61,169 nt of DNA from positions 1 through 61,169 of IMG/VR virus record IMGVR_UViG_3300020109_000001. One strand, given 5' to 3'. Position 1 is the first letter of the stretch. The number at the start of each line of letters is the position of its first letter. Below, one piece after another: positions 8,024-17,803 of this stretch. The notes beneath the pieces were generated by a model that was not told where the DNA came from, did not search any database, and saw nothing but the letters and a program-made list of their open reading frames with translations. Position numbers and translations under genes: made by a program. The DNA is from a virus (lineage: Duplodnaviria; Caudoviricetes).

Positions 8024-8524
8024 GCCTTGTTTACGACACTTCTTTACCAGATAAAGAGCAACCATCGCTACAGGCAACAAGAACGCACCAGCAGGAATGG
8101 GGACAGGAGCAGGATTGACAGGATTATCAGGTGTACCACAAGAGTGCTTGCAACCACCACCAGGATTCCAAGGGAACCATGGATTGTTCGGATGGAAAGG
8201 ATTCCAGATATTCGTCGGCACACTAGTCCAAGTCATCCCTCCCCCGCTCTCCGGAACAAGAATCAGCGGGGGGAGAGGTTCGCCGAGGAGTGTTTCAATT
8301 ACTTCCTCAACTGGAGTGTACTTGGGTGCTTTGCCTGCCAGAAATTGAAATTCGATCCAATCTTCTTCGAGAGGGACAATCTGCATGTTGACTTGTTCTA
8401 TCGTCCCAAGGTTCTTGGCCGATGACCAACGGAACATAACGGTATCTTGCTCTTGATCACCAGTCGCTTTGACTTCGTATTTCCACAGGCATGGAATAGG
8501 TTCAGAACAAGCCACATGGGTCAT
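8006..8524 (-). CDS. protein with C-terminal VPLPA-CTERM-like sorting signal
   Basis: Pro/Gly linker, then PAPVPIPAGAFLLPVAMVALYLVKKCRK (motif, TM helix, basic tail). Confidence 0.7.
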   Translation of the reverse strand: MTHVACSEPIPCLWKYEVKATGDQEQDTVMFRWSSAKNLGTIEQVNMQIVPLEEDWIEFQFLAGKAPKYTPVEEVIETLLGEPLPPLILVPESGGGMTWTSVPTNIWNPFHPNNPWFPWNPGGGCKHSCGTPDNPVNPAPVPIPAGAFLLPVAMVALYLVKKCRKQGFTSAA

Positions 8525-8526
8525 GA

Positions 8527-8922
8527 CTACCTCCTTTTGAATCCCAAGAGATTGCGCCAGCTTTTCTTCTTCGGTTTCTCGTCAGCAGCTGCAATCTGTG
8601 CGAGCAACCGTTCTTGTTCTTCCAGAACCTTGTAGTCAAGATCCATGTTGAGGTTAAGAAGATTCTCGAACTCTTCGTGAGACATGCCTGCCTTCACAAG
8701 GAAATAACGTACCATGCCCAAAATGTTTGCCAGGACAGCTGCAACATCAGGGTCCTTGACTCCATGCTGCCGGCCATAGTCCTGCAAGGTGTTCACGACA
8801 TCCATCTTCATTTTGAAGATAGGATTGTCCTGGTCCATTTGCTGAAGGTGCATGGTCCCTTCACCGAATTGCTCGTCTATCTCATTCTGATTTCCGAGGA
8901 TTTGTTCAGGTTGGATGGTCAT
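8527..8922 (-). CDS. hypothetical protein (131 aa)
   Basis: ORF packing; GGGAG upstream. Confidence 0.7.
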   Translation of the reverse strand: MTIQPEQILGNQNEIDEQFGEGTMHLQQMDQDNPIFKMKMDVVNTLQDYGRQHGVKDPDVAAVLANILGMVRYFLVKAGMSHEEFENLLNLNMDLDYKVLEEQERLLAQIAAADEKPKKKSWRNLLGFKRR

Positions 8923-8960
8923 GGTTTATTCAACTCCCATATTAACTGTTCTAACATTAC

Positions 8961-9455
8961 TCACCACACAGGCTCCACTGGAGGAAGCGACGCGAGCCAC
9001 GCATTGGCTTCCTTGGCTGTGATCTCAGACTTCTTGTCGTAGAGACGTTCTTTCTGGCGACCTTCCTGGGTATTCTGGAACTTGGGTTTCGGAGCGTACA
9101 TCGGGTCACCCTTGTAGCTGTCAATATCATCATCAGACTCAACAATGATTGTTCCGTCAAGTGTTTTCCGTATCCGAATAGTGCCAGGAGGATATGAACC
9201 GTGATGGATAAGACGCCTATGTGCCTCTTCCAACCCACGCCAGTCGTGAAGTCGTGATTCTGGAGAGTAATCCCAAGAAGCAGAGATAGGTTCACGAATG
9301 ATCCGACCAGTCGGTGTTCGAGTTTCTCGAACGTCATACAGTGTCAAATCAAGTGCGATTGGATCACCATTCAGATCAAGGGCCACTCTCTTCGGATCAG
9401 GAGTCATCTTCTTATCCACAAGTCGAGCAAATGTTGAGTCCCACGGCTTCGCCAT
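8961..9455 (-). CDS. hypothetical protein (164 aa, MAKPWDST...)
   Basis: GAGGAGG SD before ATG 9455; the longer track ORF overlaps 9466-9882. Confidence 0.65.
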   Translation of the reverse strand: MAKPWDSTFARLVDKKMTPDPKRVALDLNGDPIALDLTLYDVRETRTPTGRIIREPISASWDYSPESRLHDWRGLEEAHRRLIHHGSYPPGTIRIRKTLDGTIIVESDDDIDSYKGDPMYAPKPKFQNTQEGRQKERLYDKKSEITAKEANAWLASLPPVEPVW

Positions 9456-9465
9456 CTCTTCCTCC

Positions 9466-9882
9466 TCACTCTGGCCAAACATATGGTAGGGAGTCCACTT
9501 CCACCCAGCCAAACTGAGAGTAGTGGTCGGGGTCTTTTCGTAGGAGATTGCTTCGATGAGATGCGTGAAAGGCTTCGTCTCCGAACCAGCTTGGCATTCG
9601 GTATCTTTCGAAGCAGAGGTCCAGAATAACTGGATTATGTTCGAAAGCCATTGTGTTATTGTACCCACGACGAATCCACTCCCTGATACAAAAATCAGTA
9701 TACAACCGAAGTTGTGGGACATGGTCTCTCCACATACGGGCAGCTGGATGATTCGACCAGCCACCAATATTGTAGATAGCATTCACAAGCTGCATTCCTT
9801 CTACACGCTGCTTGCCCAAACGCTTGGTGTCAAGGCACTCAACAGATTTCTGGAAGTCAGCATATGGAAGGAACGTTTGCAT
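9466..9882 (-). CDS. pyrimidine-dimer DNA glycosylase / T4 endonuclease V family (MSMEG_6728-like)
   Basis: MQTFLPY...LD.KRLGKQRVE...W.NHPAARMW...EW.RRGY...HRSNLLRKDP.HY. Confidence 0.9.
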   Translation of the reverse strand: MQTFLPYADFQKSVECLDTKRLGKQRVEGMQLVNAIYNIGGWSNHPAARMWRDHVPQLRLYTDFCIREWIRRGYNNTMAFEHNPVILDLCFERYRMPSWFGDEAFHASHRSNLLRKDPDHYSQFGWVEVDSLPYVWPE

Positions 9883-10229
9883 CAGCCAATACCCAACTCT
9901 GTAGAAACACGGAGAACTTCCTGACGAAGTTCTTCAAACTGGTCATGTCGAAGGATACTAATGGACATAAACATCGGATATCCATTAATTGACATTGGGC
10001 CAGCATCTTTGAGATTAGAATAGAACATACCAATCTCAGTATGATCTTTCCCAGCCAGTAGTCCAAGACCCAAAGGCATCCAGATGTGCCTCAACATGTC
10101 CATATCTTCAGGAGGAACATGAACACTCGTAAAGATTTCGGATTTGACGATACCTGTCGCCAAAGCAGTAATCTCTTCCTTGGTCAAAGGCGTGAGACCC
10201 AGGGACTGAAGTTGCTGTTCTTCGCTCAT
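9882..10229 (-). CDS. hypothetical protein (115 aa)
   Basis: AGGAGG SD; coupled overlaps. Confidence 0.7.
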   Translation of the reverse strand: MSEEQQLQSLGLTPLTKEEITALATGIVKSEIFTSVHVPPEDMDMLRHIWMPLGLGLLAGKDHTEIGMFYSNLKDAGPMSINGYPMFMSISILRHDQFEELRQEVLRVSTELGIG

Positions 10230-10459
10230 GCTATCCTCCTATAGCGTTCAAGAGCCCATCTTGGTGTACGAATCTGACTTGTGTGTTCGACAACTAACCG
10301 AGAGCCATCATGGAAAGCTACTGTTAGTTGTGGATGAACATCAGATACCGTTGCTGGTCGCCAGGAAACTCGATAGTCTCCCCGCATGTTCTTGATCTCA
10401 AAACCTGAAATCTCCACCGGATCACCGATGGAGTACAGGTCGTTCGAATATTTCTTCAT
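10226..10459 (-). CDS. hypothetical protein (77 aa)
   Basis: ATGA overlaps on both sides. Confidence 0.65.
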   Translation of the reverse strand: MKKYSNDLYSIGDPVEISGFEIKNMRGDYRVSWRPATVSDVHPQLTVAFHDGSRLVVEHTSQIRTPRWALERYRRIA

Positions 10460-10728
10460 TGCGTACGCCCCACACGAGTGCCGTCACGCATTTCGCCGTT
10501 GATTTCTTTCTTGTCACGGCGAGTTGCCCATTGACGATCAGGAAACTTGCGCTTCCAATAGCCTTTGGCGGCAGACATCTGCTGTGGGGTCTTGTCAGGA
10601 ACGAAGAAAGATTGACCCACGTTCAGCTTGTCGAAAGGATATCCTGCCTGGAGTGTATCCCTATCATGTACCTCGAAACCATCCTCGATTTCGAACTCAA
10701 ACTTCTCAACTTCAAGCGCCATTTCCAC
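10456..10728 (-). CDS. small putative DNA-binding phage protein (YPFDKLNVGQSFFVP family)
   Basis: YPF..L.VGQSFFVP ... G.RV.R motif common in phages; own promoter. Confidence 0.7.
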   Translation of the reverse strand: MEMALEVEKFEFEIEDGFEVHDRDTLQAGYPFDKLNVGQSFFVPDKTPQQMSAAKGYWKRKFPDRQWATRRDKKEINGEMRDGTRVGRTQ

Positions 10729-10758
10729 TCTCCGGGTTTAGCGTTACGGTATAATTTA

Positions 10759-10787
10759 ACTATAGGCCGGCAGCGGCTTGCGGTAAA
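10759..10787 (-). promoter_or_regulatory. promoter TTTACC-N17-TATAGT
   Basis: GGTAAA at 10782-10787, ACTATA at 10759-10764. Confidence 0.8.
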
Positions 10788-10790
10788 GCG

Positions 10791-11246
10791 TTAAATTATA
10801 CCTTTAACGCCTTTACCGGCTGTAAGGATTTCGGCAATTTCATCCCAGGACCAGCGGGGAGGGCCACCTGACCACTTCCCAAGCCATAGGATACTGCTGT
10901 CGAGCATGTTAGTTCTGTTAATCGTGGCAAGATGATGTCCTTGACAGAGCCAGAGTTCATCCACTGCTGGGCCTTTGCGAGGTCCTCCGTCGTGCCATCG
11001 TCGAATAGCAATGAAAGAAACACCTCCAACCATTCTACGGTGAAGGTGCCATCCAGGTTGCTCGGTACGAATTCCAGGTTTCCATCCGGAAGTCTGTTTG
11101 TACTCAATCCATCTTTCAACGCCTCTTGCGCCAAAATTTGAATCAGGCGTTCCGGGACCAACCAGTCCGGTTTCCACTGATTGCCAGTGGAAACCTGCTT
11201 GGAGTTTAGATCGGAACAAGGGTCGCAATCCACCGTCATCGCTCAA
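10791..11246 (-). CDS. PD-(D/E)xK nuclease (VRR-NUC / Holliday junction resolvase-like)
   Basis: GTPD...WIEYK...RTEQ..W...GG.SFI. Confidence 0.75.
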   Translation of the reverse strand: MSDDGGLRPLFRSKLQAGFHWQSVETGLVGPGTPDSNFGARGVERWIEYKQTSGWKPGIRTEQPGWHLHRRMVGGVSFIAIRRWHDGGPRKGPAVDELWLCQGHHLATINRTNMLDSSILWLGKWSGGPPRWSWDEIAEILTAGKGVKGII

Positions 11247-11536
11247 TGCTTCATCGCCTTTACAATATTGTCGATCGCACCTTCCCGTTCCTTCCGGACA
11301 GATTGGTACAAGAAGACCGGATCAGTTCTGTAGAACAGTGCTGCCAAGACATAGAAGGTGTTCCGTGCAACCTGGTCCTCAGCATTCACTTCAAGACGAT
11401 CAAACGCAAGCATCAAAACATCATCGACATTCAGACCCTCGTTGTAGAGAGCATCAACATCCTCGTCTTGACGCTGAATCCGATCGTCGGGTTTCTTTCC
11501 TTCTTCAGCACACATGCGGCACATTTCATCCTCCAA
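11243..11536 (-). CDS. hypothetical protein (about 92-97 aa)
   Basis: GGAGG SD; ATGA overlap. Confidence 0.6.
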   Translation of the reverse strand: MEDEMCRMCAEEGKKPDDRIQRQDEDVDALYNEGLNVDDVLMLAFDRLEVNAEDQVARNTFYVLAALFYRTDPVFLYQSVRKEREGAIDNIVKAMKH

Positions 11537-11552
11537 TTGTTTAAGGCGTTTT

Positions 11553-11635
11553 TCAGGGCGCTGGCGGGCGTTAGGCGGTTAGGCTATACGGGTAGCGGCC
11601 CCCGTTGAGGGACCGCTGGTAGGGCTGCTCAGGGG
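11553..11635 (+). repeat. composite dispersed element, copy 2
   Basis: TCAG 11553, GGCGGGCG 11563, GCTATACGGGTAGC 11583, GCTGCTCAG 11624. Confidence 0.7.
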
Positions 11636-11638
11636 CTG

Positions 11639-12502
11639 TCAGACCGTGCCACCGGGCGCGCTAGGGGGCGTCTCGTAAACTACGTCCGAGTGCTCGATAG
11701 CCAGACTGTTCTGCGTCTTTTGAACCAGGCTGTTGAAATCCAAGTTCGCATTGCCGGCGAAAGACTTGGCTTTCTGCACCAGACGAGACTGACGGAGGTC
11801 GCGGAAGACTTGCTTTTTCTGCTCCTCGTACAGCTTGGCGTTGCTGACGTCGACCGTGTTGATGATCCATTTGAGTTCACCACCGAGATTCTCGACGATG
11901 TCCATGTCCCATTCTTCAAGGACTTCTTCAACCTCGCCGACCATCATCTGATCACGCGCCTGTACAATGACGTGATCACCCTTCTTCACGTCGATGGCTG
12001 CAAGATAATTATATTCCTGTTTTCCCAGAAACACAACCACCATCTTCACACCAGAGGACTGAAGCAGGGCGAGATAGAATTCGGTATCTTCGTTCATAGT
12101 TTTGGTCTCTTTCTTCACTTTGGGTTGATTTTGTTCGAACACTGCGCCGGTGGAAGGGAACGTTGCTCTTAGCCACATTATATGACTATGTGATGGCCGT
12201 GAATCCGGATACACGGAACCACTTCCTCCACACTGACTCAGTAGTCGTGCGATCTCAGAACGTGAATAGATTCCAGGTTGTTGTATATCGAACCAGAACT
12301 TTGCAACACACTGACCAGGATAACTCTTCACGGACTCGAGAACAAAGAATGCGTTGTAGTTCTCAAAGAACTTCTTCAGACCATCAGGCCAATTGGCACG
12401 AGGATCTTTCCTTTTTCTTGGGACCATTGGATCAGGAATCAGATCCTCTTGCCAGGTTGTTCTGTCATTATATGGATCACCCATTGAATCATACCTACCC
12501 AC
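11639..12502 (-). CDS. hypothetical protein (287 aa)
   Basis: Long ORF coupled to the exonuclease gene. Confidence 0.75.
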   Translation of the reverse strand: MGRYDSMGDPYNDRTTWQEDLIPDPMVPRKRKDPRANWPDGLKKFFENYNAFFVLESVKSYPGQCVAKFWFDIQQPGIYSRSEIARLLSQCGGSGSVYPDSRPSHSHIMWLRATFPSTGAVFEQNQPKVKKETKTMNEDTEFYLALLQSSGVKMVVVFLGKQEYNYLAAIDVKKGDHVIVQARDQMMVGEVEEVLEEWDMDIVENLGGELKWIINTVDVSNAKLYEEQKKQVFRDLRQSRLVQKAKSFAGNANLDFNSLVQKTQNSLAIEHSDVVYETPPSAPGGTV

Positions 12503-13232
12503 GACTATGCTCCTTCATCCAGAAGTCAGCTGTGAACAGCACGTCCTTGTCCATGTCTTGCCGGCGACACCACTGGAGATAATCGTAGGGAACTTCCTTC
12601 CACTTCATCCCACGGTGCTTGCCAAACCGAACAGTGTCGAGAAGAATTGGTTCCTGAGAGAGCCAAATTAGATGCTCAAGAGGATCACCGATATTCGGAT
12701 TCTCTTCCTCGACATGCTTGAGCATATACTTCATGAGGTCCGCAGTCATCAGCGCGTCGAACAACGCACGATGGGGCATACTCCCCGCCTCCTCCGGCAT
12801 CGGCCGGTTGAGACCGAACTCGTACCAAAGAGCCCCATTGGAATGGGACTCAGCATTGGGGAACATGGCCACAGCACACCGCCAGGTGCACACGTACCGC
12901 AAATCCTGAAGGTGCGGGGGGAGAAAGGCTCGATCGAACTCTGCGTTGTGGAAGACGAGGATTGGTTCGATACCATCTGCTTCCATGTGTGAGATAGCTG
13001 TGGGTCCTAACCCCATTAGAACCAGAGCACCTGGAAGATCTTGAGCGTTCCTGACCATATCAAGCGTGATATGGTGAGTGGCCATTGCTCCGAAGCTGAT
13101 TGGTGTCGTGGGATTCACCAGGGAATGGGACCATTCCCCACGCTGGTCAACGAAAGCAATCTCCACAATACTGTTCGTCTCTGCCTCGAAACCAGTGGTC
13201 TCGGTGTCACCAGCGAACCAGAACTTTTTCAT
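12495..13232 (-). CDS. DEDDh 3'-5' exonuclease (exonuclease X-like) with C-terminal FGKH motif
   Basis: DTETTG, HNAEFD, HRALFD; FGKHRG..W..VP.DYL.W. Confidence 0.9.
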   Translation of the reverse strand: MKKFWFAGDTETTGFEAETNSIVEIAFVDQRGEWSHSLVNPTTPISFGAMATHHITLDMVRNAQDLPGALVLMGLGPTAISHMEADGIEPILVFHNAEFDRAFLPPHLQDLRYVCTWRCAVAMFPNAESHSNGALWYEFGLNRPMPEEAGSMPHRALFDALMTADLMKYMLKHVEEENPNIGDPLEHLIWLSQEPILLDTVRFGKHRGMKWKEVPYDYLQWCRRQDMDKDVLFTADFWMKEHSRG

Positions 13233-13564
13233 TGAAACTTCTCCGGCAGAGTCACAGGTGTCGTTCCGTGTTTCCGGTGGTGTTGGAATAGTAGTGTGAC
13301 CACCTTCAAGACAGCTTCAGGATTCTGAAGCAACAGCACCAAAAGGCTCTTCGCCTGGAGTGTGGCGATTGGATGAATTGGAGCATCATCAAGGTTCTTA
13401 TCACCTTTAACATATTCCAACAGTTCATCCTGATTCGCAGCACGGATATCCTTCGCCCACATCACCAGCTTCTTGGTGACTGGATCAGCAATCTCCATCA
13501 GTAGTTCATCAGCAAGTTGAGTGATAGCTTCACGTGCAGCTTTTTTTCGAGCGTCCATTAGCAC
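13229..13564 (-). CDS. hypothetical protein (about 110 aa)
   Basis: Operon packing. Confidence 0.65.
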   Translation of the reverse strand: MLMDARKKAAREAITQLADELLMEIADPVTKKLVMWAKDIRAANQDELLEYVKGDKNLDDAPIHPIATLQAKSLLVLLLQNPEAVLKVVTLLFQHHRKHGTTPVTLPEKFQ

Positions 13565-13758
13565 ATTCCTTTTTCTTCGGCCAGCCAGACCGGGATTGAA
13601 ATTTGAAAAACTTCGTCGCCGTCAAACTCGAAGATGTCCGAGTCTGTTTCGACCAAGGAGATTGGAAGCCAGACCTCCTTGTCGTCTTCGTTCCGTACAA
13701 GCACAGCATCCTTGCTGCGACGGACGAATTCTACATCACAGGTGAACCATTCGCTCAT
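13558..13758 (-). CDS. hypothetical phage protein (66 aa; WLPIS...IPVWLAEEKG)
   Basis: Common small phage motif; coupled overlaps. Confidence 0.7.
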   Translation of the reverse strand: MSEWFTCDVEFVRRSKDAVLVRNEDDKEVWLPISLVETDSDIFEFDGDEVFQISIPVWLAEEKGMC

Positions 13759-14027
13759 TTCTGCAGTTCTCCAATGTAGTTGGTTTCCTCAATATGTGCC
13801 ACCATATGCATCGGCACAATTCGAACTCGATCAGGAACCAGAACTCCTCGACGTGTCCCTCGTTCATTGGTGTATGTATGCATCAGACGGTAGAACAATC
13901 CATTGACTGTTCCCGTATCAGCAATATCATCCATCAGCGCGTCGTGAGTAAGGTCTTCTCCTGCGAGAATTAACCATTGAGCACCGATACGATTTTCATC
14001 CATCAGGTGCACATTCCAAGCTTTCAT
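13755..14027 (-). CDS. hypothetical protein (90 aa)
   Basis: GGAGGT SD; TG/CA-free leader. Confidence 0.7.
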   Translation of the reverse strand: MKAWNVHLMDENRIGAQWLILAGEDLTHDALMDDIADTGTVNGLFYRLMHTYTNERGTRRGVLVPDRVRIVPMHMVAHIEETNYIGELQK

Positions 14028-14067
14028 ATCCTAACCTCCGATAAGCGTATAAGTAAGCTATAAGGTA

Positions 14068-14096
14068 ACTATAACCCTACAGCGGGTTGGTGACTA
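14068..14096 (-). promoter_or_regulatory. promoter TAGTCA-N17-TATAGT
   Basis: ACTATA at 14068-14073; the -35 overlaps the HNH stop codon; TG/CA-poor island at 14028-14090. Confidence 0.55.
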
Positions 14097-14516
14097 ACTC
14101 TTTTTAATGAAACGACCGTTTCTACCAATTGGTTGTTGTCTTCTCCTATTAGATTCTGCAACAGCTTTTCGAGTCTTATCCGACTGACGCTTACCGTGCA
14201 TTCCTCTGTGCCGACCTTTCTTCACCATATCTTGTGAGTTCTCTTTAGATGTTCCTGCGAAAAGATGCTCAGGGTTAACACAACTTGTATTATCACATGT
14301 GTGACAAGCTTTCTTTCCCGGAGGAAGTGGTCCTTTATATTTCTCATAGAACCAACGATTCGCACGAATCTTAGTTTTGTAACCATTACGAACAGCTGAG
14401 ATCAGTCCATAACCATCCTGATCTTTAGAGCCTTCCCAGGTCCAGCAGCCATTGTCCTCAACAAAGTACGACTGCTCAATTGGAACTAATTGTGTGACCT
14501 GTATATCGTGTTCCAT
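14094..14516 (-). CDS. HNH homing endonuclease (His-Cys type, NUMOD3-like tail)
   Basis: CWTWEG...GYG...[28 protein letters not shown]; GK.QS.KTR. Confidence 0.85.
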   Translation of the reverse strand: MEHDIQVTQLVPIEQSYFVEDNGCWTWEGSKDQDGYGLISAVRNGYKTKIRANRWFYEKYKGPLPPGKKACHTCDNTSCVNPEHLFAGTSKENSQDMVKKGRHRGMHGKRQSDKTRKAVAESNRRRQQPIGRNGRFIKKS

Positions 14517-16503
14517 GTACTTTCTCCCATGCTTCGTCCCATGTTGCACCCCAATTATTTTCTTTATCAGCTTCTGCACTTCCCCATGTATCGCCGAACT
14601 CCATATCCACGACAACAGGAACTTCCAACTTCACAGTGTCACGCATGATCTCATAAGCACGCTGCGCATCTCGAGGATCGTTGAAACTATAATCAAGTTC
14701 GTCGTGCATTTGAAGCATCGGTACAAGGCCCGCTTGATATGAAGCACGCATCGCCAACTTTGTCATACGGGCAGCTGAACCTTGGATCAGTGAGTTCATT
14801 GCCTTGTGGGTCATGGCCCGCTTCAGGCGCTTCTTGTACCACGGGTGGTGCTCATCATGGATACGACTCTGTGCCTCTTCAATCTTCACAGCAGCCAAGA
14901 ACTCTCCGTCTTGGTAGCGAGGTTCCCAGAGTTCGTACCGGGACCGTGCACCATCCAGTAGTCGAATATACCCACGCTGATTTGCAATCCGACTACAGGC
15001 TTCCCCTAGCATCTTCACAAAAGGCATTTCACCATCGTATTGGTCCATGACTGCAGCTGCTTCTTCCAGGGTCATACCTGTCATCAGAGCAAACTTGGCA
15101 ACACCAGCACCGAATGCTTTGGCAAAGTTAACATCCTTGGCCTTCTTCCGTGGAAGCTTCGTCATCTCAGCGACGAGAGTATGGAAGTCGGTCCGTGGAT
15201 CATTCCGATACTTCGCAACTGCCTCAGCTGCACCTGGCAGATTCATGAGATATGCGAAGTGAACAATCAGTCGATATTCTTGTTGCGAGTAATCCAACGC
15301 GCCCCAGATGGTTCCCTTTTCAGGCTGAAAGATCTGACGAATTCGCCTTTTGATTCGAGGATTTCTTGAAGGCATTTGTTGGAGCGGAGGGTCGGAATAG
15401 GCAATTCGTGTGGTGCGTGTCCCTCCGTCATCACTTTTAGTCTGATGGATTTCGGCATGGATTCTTCCCCTGTGAGTGTATCCCTGGATGTAGTTTCCAA
15501 TGAACTTGTTCGAAGCCTCGTTCATCTGCTTTGACTGGACCACTAGATCAGGAAGCCAGTGATCAATCTTTGAGATGACATCAGATTCGAATGACGGGTT
15601 GCCTTTCGCTGTCCGAGGAACAGGAATTCCCTCTGACTCGAACGCTCGCATCAGGAACTGTGGTGAGTTGATGTCACCAATCGTGACTTCACGACCCACA
15701 GCAAGACGCCGGCTGATCTCACCAAGGATGTTGTTCCGATCAACAATGAACTGATGCTTGAGTTCTTCAGCATAAGTTGAGTTGACAGGAATACCAGTGC
15801 GACGCATATCAAGGACCATAGGAACAAGGTCCATCTCAAGTCGATACGCGGCTTCACAACCTTGGTTCACGATCTGAGGATAAAGAAGCTTGGCGGCTTC
15901 TAATGTTGCTACACCATCCTGCTCACCGTATGGTCCAACATACTTGGCTGGCATTCGCCACATGTCTTTCTTCGGATCACATCCATAGGCTTCAGCTGCA
16001 GCCCGAAGCAGATGCTCATCTTTTCCCTTGATCCCGTTCCTCTTACAGGTGTCATCAAGGTTGAATGTCTTCTCATATTCATGGAGCGTGAACTCCATAA
16101 TCATGGTGTCTTCAATATTCCTTGGAAGAGGGAGATCCCAACTTGTAGTGAGCCAGCCAAGGTCGTAGATAGCCCTGTGAAAAACCACTTGGCGATCAGA
16201 AAGGAAGAGTTCACGAAGAAAATCTCGTACTGGCCCTTGGTCCCAGTTCGAGGTCTCGGGATGCCGTATGGGATAATACCATGATCCGCGAGAAGTCGAT
16301 ATGCCAACACCAGCGATCCACCCCAAACCGTAGACCCAACCAGGTCCAATATCGTTTGCCAGTCCATCATCTTTGGTCTCGATGTCTACAGCTACGATTC
16401 TCTCTCCGGTTAGATCCGGAAGAGACCGAGGAACCTCCCAATTCGTTTCAGGAAGGAGGAATCCCATTGGGAGTTGGTCTGGATTTTTCTTCCGCTTGGA
16501 CAT
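14476..16503 (-). CDS. DNA polymerase family A with 3'-5' exonuclease domain
   Basis: VDIET exo I; LDYSQQEYR motif A; R..AK..NF...FG motif B; QMHDEL motif C; IQGSAA. Confidence 0.95.
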   Translation of the reverse strand: MSKRKKNPDQLPMGFLLPETNWEVPRSLPDLTGERIVAVDIETKDDGLANDIGPGWVYGLGWIAGVGISTSRGSWYYPIRHPETSNWDQGPVRDFLRELFLSDRQVVFHRAIYDLGWLTTSWDLPLPRNIEDTMIMEFTLHEYEKTFNLDDTCKRNGIKGKDEHLLRAAAEAYGCDPKKDMWRMPAKYVGPYGEQDGVATLEAAKLLYPQIVNQGCEAAYRLEMDLVPMVLDMRRTGIPVNSTYAEELKHQFIVDRNNILGEISRRLAVGREVTIGDINSPQFLMRAFESEGIPVPRTAKGNPSFESDVISKIDHWLPDLVVQSKQMNEASNKFIGNYIQGYTHRGRIHAEIHQTKSDDGGTRTTRIAYSDPPLQQMPSRNPRIKRRIRQIFQPEKGTIWGALDYSQQEYRLIVHFAYLMNLPGAAEAVAKYRNDPRTDFHTLVAEMTKLPRKKAKDVNFAKAFGAGVAKFALMTGMTLEEAAAVMDQYDGEMPFVKMLGEACSRIANQRGYIRLLDGARSRYELWEPRYQDGEFLAAVKIEEAQSRIHDEHHPWYKKRLKRAMTHKAMNSLIQGSAARMTKLAMRASYQAGLVPMLQMHDELDYSFNDPRDAQRAYEIMRDTVKLEVPVVVDMEFGDTWGSAEADKENNWGATWDEAWEKVHGTRYTGHTISSN

Positions 16504-16742
16504 TCTAGTTCCTCGTTTTCAATCAGGATTACTTCAGAGACCAGATCACCAAGTCTCTTGCTTTTGTGCATGTGAGTTTGACCATTTGCATGGTAAAATG
16601 TATCACCACATTGAAACTCCCATGATTCCCAACCGAACCATGAACTCCTATGTCCTGCCGGTGCGATACGAACCATTGGACCGACAAGATTTCCTTGTCG
16701 GTCCGTGTAGTATGCACCCTCTTTCAAAGAGAGTTCTGACAT
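16410..16742 (-). CDS. hypothetical protein (L..GAYY.DRQG..VGPM...DLVSE)
   Basis: Fills the gap between neighbours; C-terminus overlaps the polymerase start. Confidence 0.55.
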   Translation of the reverse strand: MSELSLKEGAYYTDRQGNLVGPMVRIAPAGHRSSWFGWESWEFQCGDTFYHANGQTHMHKSKRLGDLVSEVILIENEELECPSGRKIQTNSQWDSSFLKRIGRFLGLFRI

Positions 16743-16745
16743 TGA

Positions 16746-17267
16746 TCAAATCTCTGGGGTGGTGTTGATCTTGTGAGGTACGACACCACTTCTCATCTCC
16801 CCGCTGAGCGGCTTATGCTTCGGATGGAGCGGGGGAGAGAGTTCTTTCTCCCAATCAATATATCCAGTGGAATGTGGTGTGCTATTCGGTGTGGTTCGGG
16901 ACTCAATATCTGGGTCTTGGTTCACGTATCCTGGACCAGGCTCCATGCTTGAGATCATCTTCCGATCAGCTGCTGCGAGAATATCTGCTTTCGCCTTGGC
17001 GCGGACCAGAAGCAGATACCCGATCAGGTCATCGATGTCGTCGATGATGTCTCCGTGATTCGTCTTCACCAGTTCGAAGATATCGTAGTGAGCAGAACTC
17101 ACCATATTCTCGATGCGGTCCCACTTCCGAGCCAGCATCATGAAGGCACCTGGACCACCACGCTTCTGCCAGGAACCACCGTATGCTTTCTCCTTCTCAT
17201 GGAGAGTGCTGACGATTCCACCTGCGATGGATTCGAGGTGCTTGAGCCACGGATATTGATCAGTCAT
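16746..17267 (-). CDS. nucleotide modification associated domain 1 (Nmad1, MazG-like all-alpha pyrophosphatase fold)
   Basis: EK.KAYGGSW.KRG..G..MMLARKWDR ... D.I.DL.GY.LL. Confidence 0.75.
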   Translation of the reverse strand: MTDQYPWLKHLESIAGGIVSTLHEKEKAYGGSWQKRGGPGAFMMLARKWDRIENMVSSAHYDIFELVKTNHGDIIDDIDDLIGYLLLVRAKAKADILAAADRKMISSMEPGPGYVNQDPDIESRTTPNSTPHSTGYIDWEKELSPPLHPKHKPLSGEMRSGVVPHKINTTPEI

Positions 17268-17803
17268 TTCTTTCCTCCAAGTTGACGTGCCATTTGAGCA
17301 CGATCGTTAAAGTAATCTGTATTGTATTGAGAGAACATATCCATATTCTTATTCATCAGTACTCGAACAGCTGGAATAATCTTCTCAGCGATTTGCCAAC
17401 CATAGTGAACATTTCCGAGACGCATCTCTTCTATTGCGAACTCAAGCATTTCAATCAGATCAGCGCATTTGATCTTCACAGCTTCTTCAGTTGAGACAAG
17501 TCCGTCATGGTACTTACCAGCGGAAACTTCAAATGCTGTTTCAGAATCAATCCGTTCTGCAACCTGCGCCAGATCAGGATTCGCTCGCTTCGCATCGAAA
17601 GGAATGTCACCTGTACCAAGTTCGCCAGCATCATGGTACACGATTGCCACAGTGACATTCGAAGGTGGTGATCCGAACATCTCGATATAGATACGCAGAA
17701 CGTTGAACGTGTGATGACCCACGTTCTGCTTCTGAACAGTTGGCCAGATATGGTAACGCTGGACGTCACCAATATGTCGAGAACTCAATCCGTTACTCAG
17801 CAT
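17264..17803 (-). CDS. HD-domain nucleotidase (YfbR-like)
   Basis: V.RYH...QNVGHH...YHDAGE..TGDIP...KCAD.IEM. Confidence 0.85.
   Translation of the reverse strand: MLSNGLSSRHIGDVQRYHIWPTVQKQNVGHHTFNVLRIYIEMFGSPPSNVTVAIVYHDAGELGTGDIPFDAKRANPDLAQVAERIDSETAFEVSAGKYHDGLVSTEEAVKIKCADLIEMLEFAIEEMRLGNVHYGWQIAEKIIPAVRVLMNKNMDMFSQYNTDYFNDRAQMARQLGGKK

Noticed and set aside
14476-16503. Intron or intein in the polymerase linked to the adjacent HNH
   Set aside because: The polymerase ORF is continuous with all motifs at normal spacing; the HNH is free-standing.
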